This document shows positions 49,598 to 60,595 of a stretch of 64,000 nt of DNA, piece by piece. Numbering within the stretch: the stretch's first letter is position 1; each line of letters opens with the position of its first letter. The position numbers and the translations under genes were made by a program. This stretch comes from Chitinophaga pinensis (GTDB lineage: Bacteria > Bacteroidota > Bacteroidia > NS11-12g > UBA955), in the NCBI GenBank assembly GCA_945871905.1, contig CAMBXL010000002.1:134936-198935 (forward strand), read 5' to 3'. The notes below the pieces were generated by a model. That model did no database searches. It was given only the letters and a program-made list of their open reading frames with translations, and was not told the DNA's origin.

Positions 49598-51499
49598 ATG
49601 AGTAAAATAATTGGAATTGACTTAGGAACCACAAACAGTTGTGTTTCCGTAATGGAAGGAAACGAACCTGTTGTGATAGCCAACAGTGAAGGAAAACGCA
49701 CCACCCCTTCTGTCGTAGGATTTATGAAAGACGGTGAGCGTAAAATTGGTGACCCTGCAAAACGTCAGGCAATTACCAATCCACGTAACACGATTTTCTC
49801 TATCAAACGTTTTATGGGTAACAACTTCGACCAAGTTGTGACAGAAACAGGTAGAGTTCCTTACGAGGTTGTAAAAGGTGACAACAACACACCACGTGTG
49901 AAAATAGATGACAGACTTTACACTCCTCAAGAAATCAGTGCTATGATTTTGCAAAAAATGAAAAAAACTGCAGAAGACTACTTAGGTACTGAAGTAAAAG
50001 AGGCTGTTATTACAGTTCCTGCCTATTTCAATGATGCGCAACGTCAGGCAACCAAAGAAGCTGGTGAAATTGCAGGTTTAACAGTTAGACGTATTATCAA
50101 CGAACCAACTGCTGCGGCATTGGCATACGGATTAGATAAGAAAAATGCTGAAATGAAAATTGTGGTTTTCGACTGCGGTGGAGGAACACATGACGTATCA
50201 GTATTGGAATTAGGTGATGGCGTATTTGAAGTAAAAGCAACAGATGGCGACACTCACTTAGGTGGTGATGATTTTGACCAAAAAATTATTGACTGGTTAG
50301 TTCAAGAGTTTAAAGATGAAAATGGTGGCTTAGACATAAGCAAAGACCCTATGGCATTACAACGTTTGAAAGAATCAGCTGAAAAAGCAAAAATTGAATT
50401 GTCAAGCACCACTTCAACTGAAATTAACTTACCATACATTATGCCGGTAGATGGTATTCCAAAACACTTGGTAAGATCATTGTCTAAAGCAAAATTTGAA
50501 CAATTGGTTGATGATTTAGTACAAAGAACGATTGCTCCATGTAAATCAGCCCTTAAAAATGCTGGATTAACAGTTAATGACATTCAAGAAGTGATATTAG
50601 TAGGTGGTAGCACTCGTATTCCTGCGGTTCAAGCTGCAGTAGAGAAATTCTTTGGCAAAACACCTTCAAAAGGAGTAAATCCAGATGAGGTTGTTGCTTT
50701 AGGTGCAGCTATTCAAGGTGGTGTATTAACAGGAGAAGTAAAAGATGTATTGTTATTAGATGTTACACCATTGAGTTTGGGTATTGAAACCTACGGTGGC
50801 GTAATGACCAAATTAATTGAGTCAAACACTACTATTCCAACCAAAAAGAGTGAAACATTCAGTACTGCAAGTGACAATCAACCAAGTGTACAAATGCACG
50901 TATTACAAGGTGAGCGTCCTATGGCAAAAGACAACAGAACCATTGGTATGTTTAATTTGGATGGTATTCCATCAGCACCAAGAGGTGTTCCTCAAATTGA
51001 AGTGACATTCGACATAGATGCTAACGGTATCTTAAATGTAAGTGCTAAAGACAAAGGAACTGGCAAAGAACAAAAAATCAGAATTGAAAGTTCATCTGGG
51101 TTGAGCAAAGAAGAAATAGAGAAAATGAAAAAAGAAGCAGAGGCAAATGCTGAAGCTGACCAAAAAGCAAAAGAAGAAGTTGAAAAACTAAACGCTGCTG
51201 ATACATTAATCTTTACTTCAGAAAAAAACATCAAAGATTATGGCGACAAACTTCCTGCTGACAAAAAACAAGCAATAGAAGATGCTTTAGCACAATTGAA
51301 AACCGCTTATAAGAGCAGAGATGTGGCTTCATGCGACAGTGCTTCAGAAGCTCTTAACAAAGCTTGGGAAGCTGCAAGCCAAGATTTGTATTCTGCACAG
51401 CAAGAAGGTCAACAAGGAACACCTCAAAACGAAACACCAAACAACGACAACTCGCAATCAAACGATGTTGAAGATGTAAGTTTCGAAGAAGTTAAATAA
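49598..51499 (+). CDS. dnaK: Molecular chaperone DnaK
   Basis: [41 protein letters not shown]. Confidence 0.99.
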   Translation: MSKIIGIDLGTTNSCVSVMEGNEPVVIANSEGKRTTPSVVGFMKDGERKIGDPAKRQAITNPRNTIFSIKRFMGNNFDQVVTETGRVPYEVVKGDNNTPRVKIDDRLYTPQEISAMILQKMKKTAEDYLGTEVKEAVITVPAYFNDAQRQATKEAGEIAGLTVRRIINEPTAAALAYGLDKKNAEMKIVVFDCGGGTHDVSVLELGDGVFEVKATDGDTHLGGDDFDQKIIDWLVQEFKDENGGLDISKDPMALQRLKESAEKAKIELSSTTSTEINLPYIMPVDGIPKHLVRSLSKAKFEQLVDDLVQRTIAPCKSALKNAGLTVNDIQEVILVGGSTRIPAVQAAVEKFFGKTPSKGVNPDEVVALGAAIQGGVLTGEVKDVLLLDVTPLSLGIETYGGVMTKLIESNTTIPTKKSETFSTASDNQPSVQMHVLQGERPMAKDNRTIGMFNLDGIPSAPRGVPQIEVTFDIDANGILNVSAKDKGTGKEQKIRIESSSGLSKEEIEKMKKEAEANAEADQKAKEEVEKLNAADTLIFTSEKNIKDYGDKLPADKKQAIEDALAQLKTAYKSRDVASCDSASEALNKAWEAASQDLYSAQQEGQQGTPQNETPNNDNSQSNDVEDVSFEEVK

Positions 51500-51515
51500 C
51501 CTTTTAAGATTATAT

Positions 51516-51559
51516 ACACAAAAAAAGCCCTGAAAATTATTTCAGGGCTTTTTTTGTGT
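51516..51559. terminator. Bidirectional rho-independent terminator
   Basis: ACACAAAAAAAGCCCTGAAA-ATTA-TTTCAGGGCTTTTTTTGTGT between convergent genes. Confidence 0.9.
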
Positions 51560-51615
51560 CGTTTTTTTCTCGACTTCGAAATGAGTGTTTTTTACCTTGC
51601 TATTCTTTAAATAAG

Positions 51616-52272
51616 CTACCCCGGAATTCTAGCGATGTTTTTTTCCATCAACTTGATTTGCTCAACCACTTCTTTGCCTTTAGGGTTTAGCGCTTTGGCT
51701 TTTCTGAAATACTCTTTACCTGCTTTGTTTTGGTATCGTTGGATTTCCAATGAACACAATTGCAAATAAACACTTGCCAATCCTTCTTTGTCTGGTATGC
51801 CTGCTTTTACTGCTTGTACTAAGGTTAATCTTGCCTCTTTGGTTTTGCCTTGGCGCAATTGAATGAATCCTAATTGCATTAAATTAGTGCCTTTCATATC
51901 GCCAGTTAAGCTCGACTTAGTACTTAAACTTTTTCTGATATTGTCTTCAGCACTTTGCAAATCATTACCTGCCATGTTTAAAGTACTTTGCAACATATAA
52001 TAGGCAGAACGAATTGGTTTTATGAGTAATTTAGGGTACTTAATTTTTTTGATATACATCAAAGCATCGTCCACATTTCCCTCTTCAACTGCATCTTTTA
52101 CCAAACGCATAGTACCGATAGTAAAATGTAAGGCTAAAGACAATAATGCTAAAAAGTAAAGAATCCAAGCCAAAATAGGGTCGCCCCAAATATGTGAAAC
52201 TACGCCTAATACAATAATCAAGGCAACAACTTGTAAACGGTATAGTATATAGAAATTTAGAATTTTCTTCAT
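51616..52272 (-). CDS. Membrane-anchored TPR-like protein
   Basis: Two N-terminal TM helices followed by helical repeats (AEDNIRKSL, ARLTLVQAV, YFRKAKALNP). Confidence 0.75.
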   Translation of the reverse strand: MKKILNFYILYRLQVVALIIVLGVVSHIWGDPILAWILYFLALLSLALHFTIGTMRLVKDAVEEGNVDDALMYIKKIKYPKLLIKPIRSAYYMLQSTLNMAGNDLQSAEDNIRKSLSTKSSLTGDMKGTNLMQLGFIQLRQGKTKEARLTLVQAVKAGIPDKEGLASVYLQLCSLEIQRYQNKAGKEYFRKAKALNPKGKEVVEQIKLMEKNIARIPG

Positions 52273-52398
52273 GGTTAATTATGTGGCGCGAATTTCATAA
52301 AAAAATAGCATTTTATTATGTTTTAATTCTATTAATTTTTTTTACCCAATGAAGGTTTATCCTATTTACATGAATATGCCTTAACTTTGCACCTTCTT

Positions 52399-53433
52399 AT
52401 GTTTGAAAATAAAGGGCGAACAGAACTGAATCAATTAGGTGAATTTGGTTTAATAAAACATTTAACAAAAGACATTAAAATCCACCACCATTCCACTGTA
52501 AAAGGGGTTGGTGACGATGCTGCTGTTATTGACTTGGGAGATGCCTATCAACTGATTTCTACAGATATGTTGGTAGAGGGTTCTCATTTTGACTTAATGT
52601 ACACACCACTGAAACATTTGGGGTACAAAGCAGTGGTTGCCAATGTCAGTGATATTACTGCTATGAACGGTAAAGCAACCCACATTGTGGTAAGTATTGC
52701 CATGAGTAGTAAGTTTTCATTGGAAGCCATTGAAGAATTATACATTGGACTAATGGCAGCTTGCGAGGCTTATCAAATTGATTTGGTGGGTGGCGACACC
52801 ACTTCTATATCCAAAGGATTAGTCGTTAATATTACTGTGTTTGGACAAGTTTCCAAATCGAAAATTGCCTACAGAAATGGGGTAAAAGAAGGAGACTTGT
52901 TGGTTGTTTCAGGCGATTTGGGTGCAGCCTATTTGGGGTTACACATACTTGAACGTGAAAAAAGAATTTATCTTGAAAAGCCCGATTTTCAGCCAGATTT
53001 AGAAGGCAACGATTACATCATTCAACGTCAATTAAAGCCTGAAGCGCGCATCGATATTGTTGCCCTTTTGGAACAACTCGATATTCAACCTACTGCAATG
53101 ATTGATATTAGCGATGGCTTGGCTTCTGAAATGCACCATTTGTCTGATGCCAGTCAAGTTGGTTTTACGCTGTACGAAGACAAACTTCCGATAGACCCTA
53201 TCGCCTACCAAAGAGCTATTGATTTTGGTTTAGACCCAACGGTAGCGATGTTGAACGGTGGCGAGGATTATGAATTACTCTTTACCATTTCGCAAACCGA
53301 TTACGAAAAAATAAAAGGCACTATGGAAATCAGTATTATTGGTCATGCTGTGGCAATGCAAGAAGGCATTCACATGATTAGTAAATCTAACATTAAGCAC
53401 AAACTAAGCGCCCAAGGTTGGAAAAGCTTTTAA
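52399..53433 (+). CDS. thiL: Thiamine-monophosphate kinase
   Basis: GEFGLI, GDDAAV, NVSDITAMNG, GGDT, IDISDGL, GGEDYELLFT; ATG 52399 follows TAACTTTG (52382-52389). Confidence 0.95.
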   Translation: MFENKGRTELNQLGEFGLIKHLTKDIKIHHHSTVKGVGDDAAVIDLGDAYQLISTDMLVEGSHFDLMYTPLKHLGYKAVVANVSDITAMNGKATHIVVSIAMSSKFSLEAIEELYIGLMAACEAYQIDLVGGDTTSISKGLVVNITVFGQVSKSKIAYRNGVKEGDLLVVSGDLGAAYLGLHILEREKRIYLEKPDFQPDLEGNDYIIQRQLKPEARIDIVALLEQLDIQPTAMIDISDGLASEMHHLSDASQVGFTLYEDKLPIDPIAYQRAIDFGLDPTVAMLNGGEDYELLFTISQTDYEKIKGTMEISIIGHAVAMQEGIHMISKSNIKHKLSAQGWKSF

Positions 53434-53493
53434 GCCAAAATAAGCATTAGAATTCTATTACCTTCATAACTAATCCTAATTCCTAATCTAGGT

Positions 53494-53895
53494 TTAAGCA
53501 AGTAAGCCCAATTTTTCTAATATTAACAAAGGTTCTATGGGACGGTTGTTATGAATACAAGCGGCAAATATTTGAGCTTTTATCACCTCAGATTGGTCAG
53601 ATTTTTTGCGTATAGTTTGATGAAAAATAATTCTAAGGCGACCTTCTCTACTTACATAAGTTTCAACGGTAAATTCATCGCCACTTCTCAATGATTTTTT
53701 ATAATCTACTTCGCTCCTTACCACTACGGCATCATATCCTTGCAGGTGTAATTCGTTAAAATCGAGTCCTTTTGACTTCAAAAATTCGTGTCTAGCGTGT
53801 TCTAAATAATTCAAATAAACCGCATTATTCACAATGCCTTGCAAGTCGAGTTCGTAATCGCGAACACTAAAATCTAAGTTAAATAAATTATCCAT
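53494..53895 (-). CDS. Thioesterase (YbgC/FadM/4HBT family)
   Basis: VRDYELDLQGIVNNAVYLNYLEHAR. Confidence 0.9.
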   Translation of the reverse strand: MDNLFNLDFSVRDYELDLQGIVNNAVYLNYLEHARHEFLKSKGLDFNELHLQGYDAVVVRSEVDYKKSLRSGDEFTVETYVSREGRLRIIFHQTIRKKSDQSEVIKAQIFAACIHNNRPIEPLLILEKLGLLA

Positions 53896-54448
53896 TGTAT
53901 TTAGTCATAGCATTACTTAAACCTTCCAAAACAAAAGATTTAATAGCCAATACCGATTGTGCTGCTTTTTCTACTACCAATGGGAGTTCGGTGTCTTTCC
54001 ATTTCCCTAAAACAAAGTCTACTTGTCTGTGCTTATCAAACTGACTTCCTATACCAAAACGCAATCGAGGATATTGTTGGGTTTGTAGCACTTCTTCAAT
54101 ATTTCTTAACCCATTGTGACCGCCATGACTCCCTTTAGAACGAAGACGAATAGTTCCGACCTCTAAGGCTAAATCATCAGTTACTACCAAAATATTTTCG
54201 AGTGGAATTTTATATTGTTGCATATAATATTGCACTGCTTTACCACTTAAATTCATAAAAGTTGTAGGTTTTATCAGAACCACTTCTTTGTTTTTTAAAC
54301 GGCCTTCACCTACTATGGCTAGTTTTTGTAAACTAAATTCTATTTGTAAATCTTTGGCCAAAATATCCATCACATTGAACCCAATATTGTGTCTAGTATT
54401 GTCATACTGAGGTCCTAAATTCCCTAAACCAACTAATAAATATTTCAC
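53888..54448 (-). CDS. pth: Peptidyl-tRNA hydrolase
   Basis: [28 protein letters not shown]. Confidence 0.97.
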   Translation of the reverse strand: MKYLLVGLGNLGPQYDNTRHNIGFNVMDILAKDLQIEFSLQKLAIVGEGRLKNKEVVLIKPTTFMNLSGKAVQYYMQQYKIPLENILVVTDDLALEVGTIRLRSKGSHGGHNGLRNIEEVLQTQQYPRLRFGIGSQFDKHRQVDFVLGKWKDTELPLVVEKAAQSVLAIKSFVLEGLSNAMTKYNG

Positions 54449-55203
54449 TTTTCTGAGTTATTTCCTTGTGTTACTTCTGCACGTCTAAGCACAAAATTTT
54501 TGCCCAAATATACTTTTCTTACCATCTCATCCTCTGCCAACTCTTCGGCTGTACCTTGTTTCAATAATTTACCTTCAAACAACAAATAAGCACGGTCCGT
54601 AATACTTAGCGTTTCTTGCACATTGTGGTCGGTAATGAGTATTCCTATATTTCTGTTTTTTAATTTGTAAACTATCCCTTGAATATCTTCAACAGCAATG
54701 GGATCGACACCTGCAAAGGGTTCGTCTAACAAAATGAATTTGGGATCTGTCGCCAGCGCTCTTGCTATTTCTGTTCTTCTTCTTTCGCCACCACTCAACA
54801 CTTTACCATAATTGTTGCGAACTCTGTTTAAACTAAATTCTTCGAGTAAACTTTCCAATTTATCATGTTGTTCTTTTTTACTCAACTTGGTGAGTTCAAG
54901 AACCGCTTTAATATTATCTTCAACCGTCAAATCTCTGTATACAGAAGCTTCTTGAGGCAAATACCCCACGCCTTTTTGAGCACGTTTGTACATTGGCAAA
55001 TGGGTAATTTCCTCATCATCCAAAAATATTTGTCCTGCATCAGGTTTTACTAGCCCTACCGTCATATAAAAAGTAGTGGTTTTACCGGCACCATTTGGAC
55101 CAAGCAATCCTACTATTTCTCCTTGTTTTACATCAATAGAAACATCATTTACAACGCGTTTATGTTTGTATTGCTTAACAAGATTATTTGCTTTTAAAAT
55201 CAT
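54445..55203 (-). CDS. lptB: LPS export ABC transporter ATP-binding protein
   Basis: [47 protein letters not shown]. Confidence 0.96.
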   Translation of the reverse strand: MILKANNLVKQYKHKRVVNDVSIDVKQGEIVGLLGPNGAGKTTTFYMTVGLVKPDAGQIFLDDEEITHLPMYKRAQKGVGYLPQEASVYRDLTVEDNIKAVLELTKLSKKEQHDKLESLLEEFSLNRVRNNYGKVLSGGERRRTEIARALATDPKFILLDEPFAGVDPIAVEDIQGIVYKLKNRNIGILITDHNVQETLSITDRAYLLFEGKLLKQGTAEELAEDEMVRKVYLGKNFVLRRAEVTQGNNSEK

Positions 55204-55222
55204 TGTTTAATCTGTCTATAAG

Positions 55223-56926
55223 TTATGACAATTCAGAGGCTCTGATGTCCTTAATTTTTAGTTGTAAGTTACGGAATCCCTTGTACTCATTCATTTCTAT
55301 AGAATAGCATGCATCAAATGGATTGCCTTCTTCAATGTAATCGTAAACCTGACTTAAGTTAAACCCTATGCCATCCATTTTTACACCTGATTGGTAAGCG
55401 CCTAATTTCAAATGCTTGTCTTTAACAATTCTACTTCCGGCATCTTTGATATGATTGGTTCTAAACACAGGGGTCATATTGCCGGGACCGTGAGGTTTAA
55501 ATCGGTCTAAAACAGTAAAGAAATTCATATTGATATCTTTAAAATCTAATTCCAAGTCAAATACAATTTCAGGGGTTAACAAGTGCTCAGTGGTATTGTT
55601 GTTTACTATTTCCTCAAAACGCTCCGCAAAGGCCACAAAGGATTCTTTTTTAATGGTTAGTCCTGCTGCATATTTATGTCCGCCGTACTGTATGACCAAA
55701 TCGCCACAAGCACCGATAGCTTCGTGAACATCGAAATCTTTGACACTTCTGGCAGAACCGGTTAACATACCATTCACTTCGCTAAAAATGATGGTTGGTT
55801 TGTAATATGTTTCAATCAACCTAGAAGCGACTATACCTATCACTCCTTTGTGCCAATTTTCACTGTACAAAACAGTCGATTTTTTGGCCCTTAATTCAAC
55901 ACTTTTCTCGAGAATTTCCTGTGCTTCTTTGGTAATATCATTGTCAATATCCTTGCGTTCTGTATTGTTGTCAACTAAGGTTTTGGCATGTAACAGGGCT
56001 TGATGAAAATCTTCTTCAATTAAAAGTTTAACCGATGATTTGGCATCAGCAATTCTTCCTGCCGCATTAATTTTAGGACCAATACCAAACACAATATCCG
56101 ACACTTCGTATTCTTTTTTAATTTGGTAACTTTGGAGTAAGGCTTGTAATCCTATGCAAGGATCTTCGTTTATTTTCTTTAAGCCATGAAAAACAAACAC
56201 TCTGTTTTCATCCTTAATTTCAACAATATCACTACAAGTGCTCACGGCTACTAAATCCAAGTATTTACAAACCTCATCAAACGAATAGTCATTGGCTTGG
56301 GCAAAGGCTTGAATCAGTTTAAATCCGATACCACAACCCGACAATTCCTTGTAAGGATAAGGACAATCGGCACGTTTGGGATTAAGGAGAGCAACTGCTT
56401 TGGGCAATTCATCACCGGGTAAATGGTGGTCACACACGATGAAATCAATGCCTAGGGATTTGGCATAATCAATTAGTTCGATAGAACGGGTTCCACAGTC
56501 GAGCGCAATAATGAGTTTAACACCGGTTTCTGCGGCATAGTCGATTCCAATTTTAGAGACACCGTAACCTTCCTTGTATCTATCGGGAATGTAGTATTCG
56601 ATATTGGCAGTAAACTTACTAAAATAGGAGAAAACGGTGGCAACAGAAGTGGTTCCATCCACATCATAGTCACCGTAAACCATTATTCTTTCTTTAGAAG
56701 CCAGTGCTAAATTAATACGCTCGATTGCCAAATCCATTTCCTTCATTAGAAAAGGGTCGTACAGGTCGGTTAATTGAGGATTAAAGAATTTTTTGGCTTC
56801 GTCGTAAGTTTCAATTCCTCGTTGAATAAGCAGCGTAGCAATAGGTTTTGAAACATTGATGGCTTGGGATAGCAATTCAATTTTTTTATCATTCAATTTT
56901 GGGAAAGCTGTCCAACGATATGCCAT
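55223..56926 (-). CDS. recJ: Single-stranded-DNA-specific exonuclease RecJ
   Basis: YGDYDVDG, DCG, DHH, INAAGR, GSARS, GGH; ATG 56926 (MAYRW) preferred. Confidence 0.96.
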   Translation of the reverse strand: MAYRWTAFPKLNDKKIELLSQAINVSKPIATLLIQRGIETYDEAKKFFNPQLTDLYDPFLMKEMDLAIERINLALASKERIMVYGDYDVDGTTSVATVFSYFSKFTANIEYYIPDRYKEGYGVSKIGIDYAAETGVKLIIALDCGTRSIELIDYAKSLGIDFIVCDHHLPGDELPKAVALLNPKRADCPYPYKELSGCGIGFKLIQAFAQANDYSFDEVCKYLDLVAVSTCSDIVEIKDENRVFVFHGLKKINEDPCIGLQALLQSYQIKKEYEVSDIVFGIGPKINAAGRIADAKSSVKLLIEEDFHQALLHAKTLVDNNTERKDIDNDITKEAQEILEKSVELRAKKSTVLYSENWHKGVIGIVASRLIETYYKPTIIFSEVNGMLTGSARSVKDFDVHEAIGACGDLVIQYGGHKYAAGLTIKKESFVAFAERFEEIVNNNTTEHLLTPEIVFDLELDFKDINMNFFTVLDRFKPHGPGNMTPVFRTNHIKDAGSRIVKDKHLKLGAYQSGVKMDGIGFNLSQVYDYIEEGNPFDACYSIEMNEYKGFRNLQLKIKDIRASELS

Positions 56927-57133
56927 AATATTGTGCGAATTTAATATATTTTTAACAATTCTATTGCATTTATTGTAAGCCACAGAAAGAGAAAGGGTTA
57001 AGAGATTTTTGAGTTATCAACCCATTTAGGTTAAGCCTTTTTTGAATAACGACGACAAGTTTAAATTTTTTATAATTTTTTCTTAAATCCAAATCGTTAA
57101 AATCGTATATTTTAATTATTTCATCAAAATGCT

Positions 57134-57141
57134 TAATTTTG
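57134..57141 (+). promoter_or_regulatory. -7 promoter box (TAATTTTG) for the stand-alone mutase gene
   Basis: TAnnTTTG 10 nt before ATG 57152. Confidence 0.65.
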
Positions 57142-57151
57142 CTGAACCATT

Positions 57152-59119
57152 ATGGCCTCAACAGAACCAAACTTAGTATCAGCAATTGAACAAGCAATCT
57201 TAAAGCTTGAAAGACAAATTAGTCCTGAAAATCACGACTTAATTAACAACTGGGATACCTTAGCAAACAAATACAAAGACGAAGCTTATATCTTTAAAGT
57301 TAGAGACAAAGAAATTCGCATTCAAACCCATTCTGAAAGTTTAAGTCACACACAAATTCCCAAAGTTGCCATGCCTAAATTTAAGGCTTGGGGCGACCGT
57401 TTGCGTTGGCAATTACAGGAGAATGTTCCGGGCGAATTTCCGTACACTGCTGGTATTTACCCTTTTAAAAGAGAAGGCGAAGACCCAACAAGGATGTTCG
57501 CTGGTGAGGGCGGACCTGAACGTACCAATCGCCGTTTCCACTATGTAAGTTTGGGAATGCCCGCCAAAAGGTTGTCTACCGCTTTTGACAGTGTTACTTT
57601 GTACGGAAATGACCCTCATGTAAGACCTGATATTTATGGTAAAATTGGTAATTCTGGGGTTAGTATTTGCTGCCTTGATGATGCCAAAAAATTATACAGT
57701 GGTTTCGATTTGGCCGACCCTAAAACGTCTGTTTCCATGACTATTAATGGACCTGCACCAATGTTGCTTGGCTTTTTTATGAATGCTGCTATCGACCAAC
57801 AATGTGAAAAATACATCAAACAAAATGGTTTGGAAGAAAGTATCAAACAAAAAATCGCTGATATATACAAAGCAAAAGGTCAGGAAGTGCCAAGCTACCA
57901 AGGACCTTTGCCTGAGGGAAATGATGGATTAGGTTTAATGCTTTTAGGGGTAACAGGCGACCAAGTCCTGCCAAGTGAAACCTACGAAGAAATAAAAAAA
58001 TACACCCTTTCACAAGTTAGAGGAACCGTTCAAGCGGATATTTTGAAAGAAGATCAAGCACAAAATACCTGTATTTTCTCAACAGAATTCGCCTTGAGAT
58101 TAATGGGAGATGTTCAAGACTATTTTATTAAAAACAAGGTTAGAAACTTTTATTCTGTTTCTATCAGTGGTTATCATATTGCCGAAGCCGGTGCCAATCC
58201 AATTACTCAATTGGCATTTACATTGGCCAATGGTTTTACTTACGTAGAATATTACTTAAGTAGAGGCATGGATATTAATGAATTTGGACCCAACTTATCA
58301 TTCTTCTTTAGCAATGGTATCGACCCAGAATATGCAGTTATTGGAAGAGTAGCTCGTAAAATTTGGGCAAAAGCCATGAAAATAAAGTATGGTGCAAACG
58401 AGCGCAGTCAGATGCTTAAATACCACATTCAAACGAGTGGAAGAAGTTTACATGCTCAAGAGATTGACTTTAACGACATTCGTACAACCTTACAAGCTTT
58501 ATATGCCATTTATGACAACTGTAACAGCCTTCACACCAATGCTTATGACGAGGCAATAACGACACCTACCGAGGAATCAGTAAGACGTGCCATGGCCATT
58601 CAGTTAATTATTAACCGTGAATTAGGTCTTTCTAAAAATGAAAACCCTATTCAAGGTTCGTTTATCATTGAGGAGTTGACAGACTTGGTAGAGGAAGCGG
58701 TGATGCAAGAATTTGACAGAATAACTGAGCGTGGTGGTGTTTTGGGTGCTATGGAAACCATGTACCAAAGAAGTAAAATTCAAGACGAAAGTTTGTATTA
58801 CGAAACACTGAAACACACTGGCGAATTTCCAATTATTGGTGTCAATACTTTTTTGAGCAGCAAAGGGTCTCCTACTGTTTTACCAAAAGAGGTTATTAGA
58901 GCTACAGAAGAGGAAAAACAATACCAAATTAACATGTTAAAATTGCTTCAAGAACGTTCTCAAGAACAGTCGCAAAAGGAATTGAGACATTTACAAGAGG
59001 TGGCTATACAGAATGGCAATTTATTTGAGGCTTTAATGACCGCTTGTAAAGTGTGTTCGTTAGGACAAATCACCAATGCTTTGTTTGAAGTAGGTGGTCA
59101 ATACAGAAGAAATATGTAA
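57152..59119 (+). CDS. icmF: Acyl-CoA mutase substrate-binding subunit corresponding to the C-terminal half of IcmF (isobutyryl-CoA mutase); no B12-binding or MeaI GTPase domain
   Basis: [71 protein letters not shown]; only 655 aa. Confidence 0.88.
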   Translation: MASTEPNLVSAIEQAILKLERQISPENHDLINNWDTLANKYKDEAYIFKVRDKEIRIQTHSESLSHTQIPKVAMPKFKAWGDRLRWQLQENVPGEFPYTAGIYPFKREGEDPTRMFAGEGGPERTNRRFHYVSLGMPAKRLSTAFDSVTLYGNDPHVRPDIYGKIGNSGVSICCLDDAKKLYSGFDLADPKTSVSMTINGPAPMLLGFFMNAAIDQQCEKYIKQNGLEESIKQKIADIYKAKGQEVPSYQGPLPEGNDGLGLMLLGVTGDQVLPSETYEEIKKYTLSQVRGTVQADILKEDQAQNTCIFSTEFALRLMGDVQDYFIKNKVRNFYSVSISGYHIAEAGANPITQLAFTLANGFTYVEYYLSRGMDINEFGPNLSFFFSNGIDPEYAVIGRVARKIWAKAMKIKYGANERSQMLKYHIQTSGRSLHAQEIDFNDIRTTLQALYAIYDNCNSLHTNAYDEAITTPTEESVRRAMAIQLIINRELGLSKNENPIQGSFIIEELTDLVEEAVMQEFDRITERGGVLGAMETMYQRSKIQDESLYYETLKHTGEFPIIGVNTFLSSKGSPTVLPKEVIRATEEEKQYQINMLKLLQERSQEQSQKELRHLQEVAIQNGNLFEALMTACKVCSLGQITNALFEVGGQYRRNM

Positions 59120-59139
59120 GGGGGAATAGTTCCTTGCCT

Positions 59140-60306
59140 TTAGATTTTGTCTTTTGCTATATCTATCCAACTGCGAACCTCTCCATTAGTTCGCTTTTGG
59201 TTTTGAAGACCTGTATGAACTAAAGTTTTTGATTTAACTAAATTTTGAGCATGTTTCTCAAAGTATTCAAATCCTTTAAACATATCGCTCATAATTGTTT
59301 CTGAAGCTTTTATTTCAACGAGATTCAATAATTCATCATCCTGCCATATCAAATCGACCTCATGTCCTACAGCATCTTTCCAAAACCAAATATCACGGAG
59401 TAAATTTTGGTGATAATTAAGTTTTACATATTCCGATACAACGAAATTTTCGAATAAAGCCCCCTTGTGTTGACTAATTTTTACACTCTCGGAATCTTTT
59501 ATCTTTAACAAAAAACTTAATAGTCCTGTGTCATAAAAATACAATTTGGATGTTTTGGTAATGCGTTTATTAAAATTAACAAAGTATGGCTGTAACTGAA
59601 AAATAATAAAACTACTTTCTAAAACCGACAACCAAGATTTTGCTGTTGGTTGCGAAATACCACAATCATTTGCAAGGGCACTCAAATTGAGTAGTTGTCC
59701 TGCTCTTCCTGCACACAATCCGATAAAATTCCTAAATAACTTTAAGTCTTTGATATTAATTAATTCAGACAAATCTCTTTCAACATACGTTTGGACATAA
59801 TTAGAATAAAAAACCTTTGAAGGAATATCTCTGTCGTAGATAGCTGGATAAAAACCCTTGTGTAAATTAACACTGTAATCATTTGATAATAAATTGGCTG
59901 ACTTCATTTCTTCCAAATCAAATGGGAACAACTTAAAAATAGCTACTCTACCTGCTAAACTCTGCGTGATATTTTGTAATAACTGAAAATTTTGCGACCC
60001 TGACAAGATATATTGTCCCATGATTTGATCCTCATCCACCTTGGCCTGCAAATAGGAAAACAAAAAAGGAACACGTTGCACTTCATCTAATATTACATAT
60101 TTGTCATATTGTTTCAAAAAGGCATTGGGGTCTTTTTCTGCAAAATTCCTAAAATCCGGATTTTCCATATTGATGTATTGATAATCCGCAAACTCATTCT
60201 TCAAAAACGTAGTTTTACCGGACTGCCTAGGTCCAGTTAATGCTAAAATAGGATACTTATTTTTATAAATTAGCATCTCTTTTTTTATAACCCTATTAAT
60301 ACTCAT
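59140..60306 (-). CDS. AAA+ ATPase (AAA_14) with DUF4143: winged HTH plus C-terminal PD-(D/E)XK-like domain
   Basis: Walker A GPRQSGKTT, Walker B VILDEVQ, HTH NLSALANDCGISQPTAKSWL, KLYFYDTGL, GALFENFV, EVDL...VEIK. Confidence 0.9.
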   Translation of the reverse strand: MSINRVIKKEMLIYKNKYPILALTGPRQSGKTTFLKNEFADYQYINMENPDFRNFAEKDPNAFLKQYDKYVILDEVQRVPFLFSYLQAKVDEDQIMGQYILSGSQNFQLLQNITQSLAGRVAIFKLFPFDLEEMKSANLLSNDYSVNLHKGFYPAIYDRDIPSKVFYSNYVQTYVERDLSELINIKDLKLFRNFIGLCAGRAGQLLNLSALANDCGISQPTAKSWLSVLESSFIIFQLQPYFVNFNKRITKTSKLYFYDTGLLSFLLKIKDSESVKISQHKGALFENFVVSEYVKLNYHQNLLRDIWFWKDAVGHEVDLIWQDDELLNLVEIKASETIMSDMFKGFEYFEKHAQNLVKSKTLVHTGLQNQKRTNGEVRSWIDIAKDKI

Positions 60307-60328
60307 GATTAATCAAAATTAATTGCTA

Positions 60329-60336
60329 CAAAAGTA
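60329..60336 (-). promoter_or_regulatory. -7 promoter box (TACTTTTG) for the AAA+/DUF4143 gene
   Basis: TAnnTTTG on the minus strand 22 nt before ATG 60306. Confidence 0.65.
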
Positions 60337-60421
60337 ATGTTTTTTCATGTTAATTTTTAAACTTTTTTAAAAAAATAAAAAACCTCATAATAACTTGATT
60401 TTAATACTATTATGAAATTTT

Positions 60422-60545
60422 ACTTTGAATTTACATGGGTACTAACTTTGAAATTACACGGGTATTAACTTTGAAATTACATGATTACTTACTTTGGATT
60501 TACATAGGTACTAACTTTGAAATTACACAGGTGTTAGTTTTGAAT
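60422..60545. repeat. Tandem array of five 23-bp repeats plus a partial sixth
   Basis: actttgaatttacatgggtacta / actttgaaattacacgggtatta / actttgaaattacatgattactt / actttggatttacataggtacta / actttgaaattacacaggtgtta / gttttgaat. Confidence 0.92.
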
Positions 60546-60595
60546 TTTAACCCATTCCTATAAGCAATATTTTGAAACAATGATATTAGTATCCG

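Noticed and set aside
49622..51234. Several 60-110-aa ORFs overlapping dnaK (similar ones overlap mfd, the mutase, fabG and the 2415-aa gene)
   Set aside because: Shadow ORFs of well-supported genes, with no recognisable motifs
56927..57151. Frameshifted or pseudogenised N-terminus of icmF
   Set aside because: Only ~225 bp of AT-rich divergent promoter DNA with an in-frame stop; no B12-binding or GTPase remnant is visible
60422..60545. 23-bp array as a CRISPR or TIGR-like guide array
   Set aside because: The variable 9-bp parts are mutated versions of each other rather than unique spacers, the period is too short, and no cas or Nop-domain gene is nearby
60412..60560. Peptide encoded by the 23-bp array
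   Set aside because: The frames inspected close within about 18 codons and the unit length is not a multiple of 3
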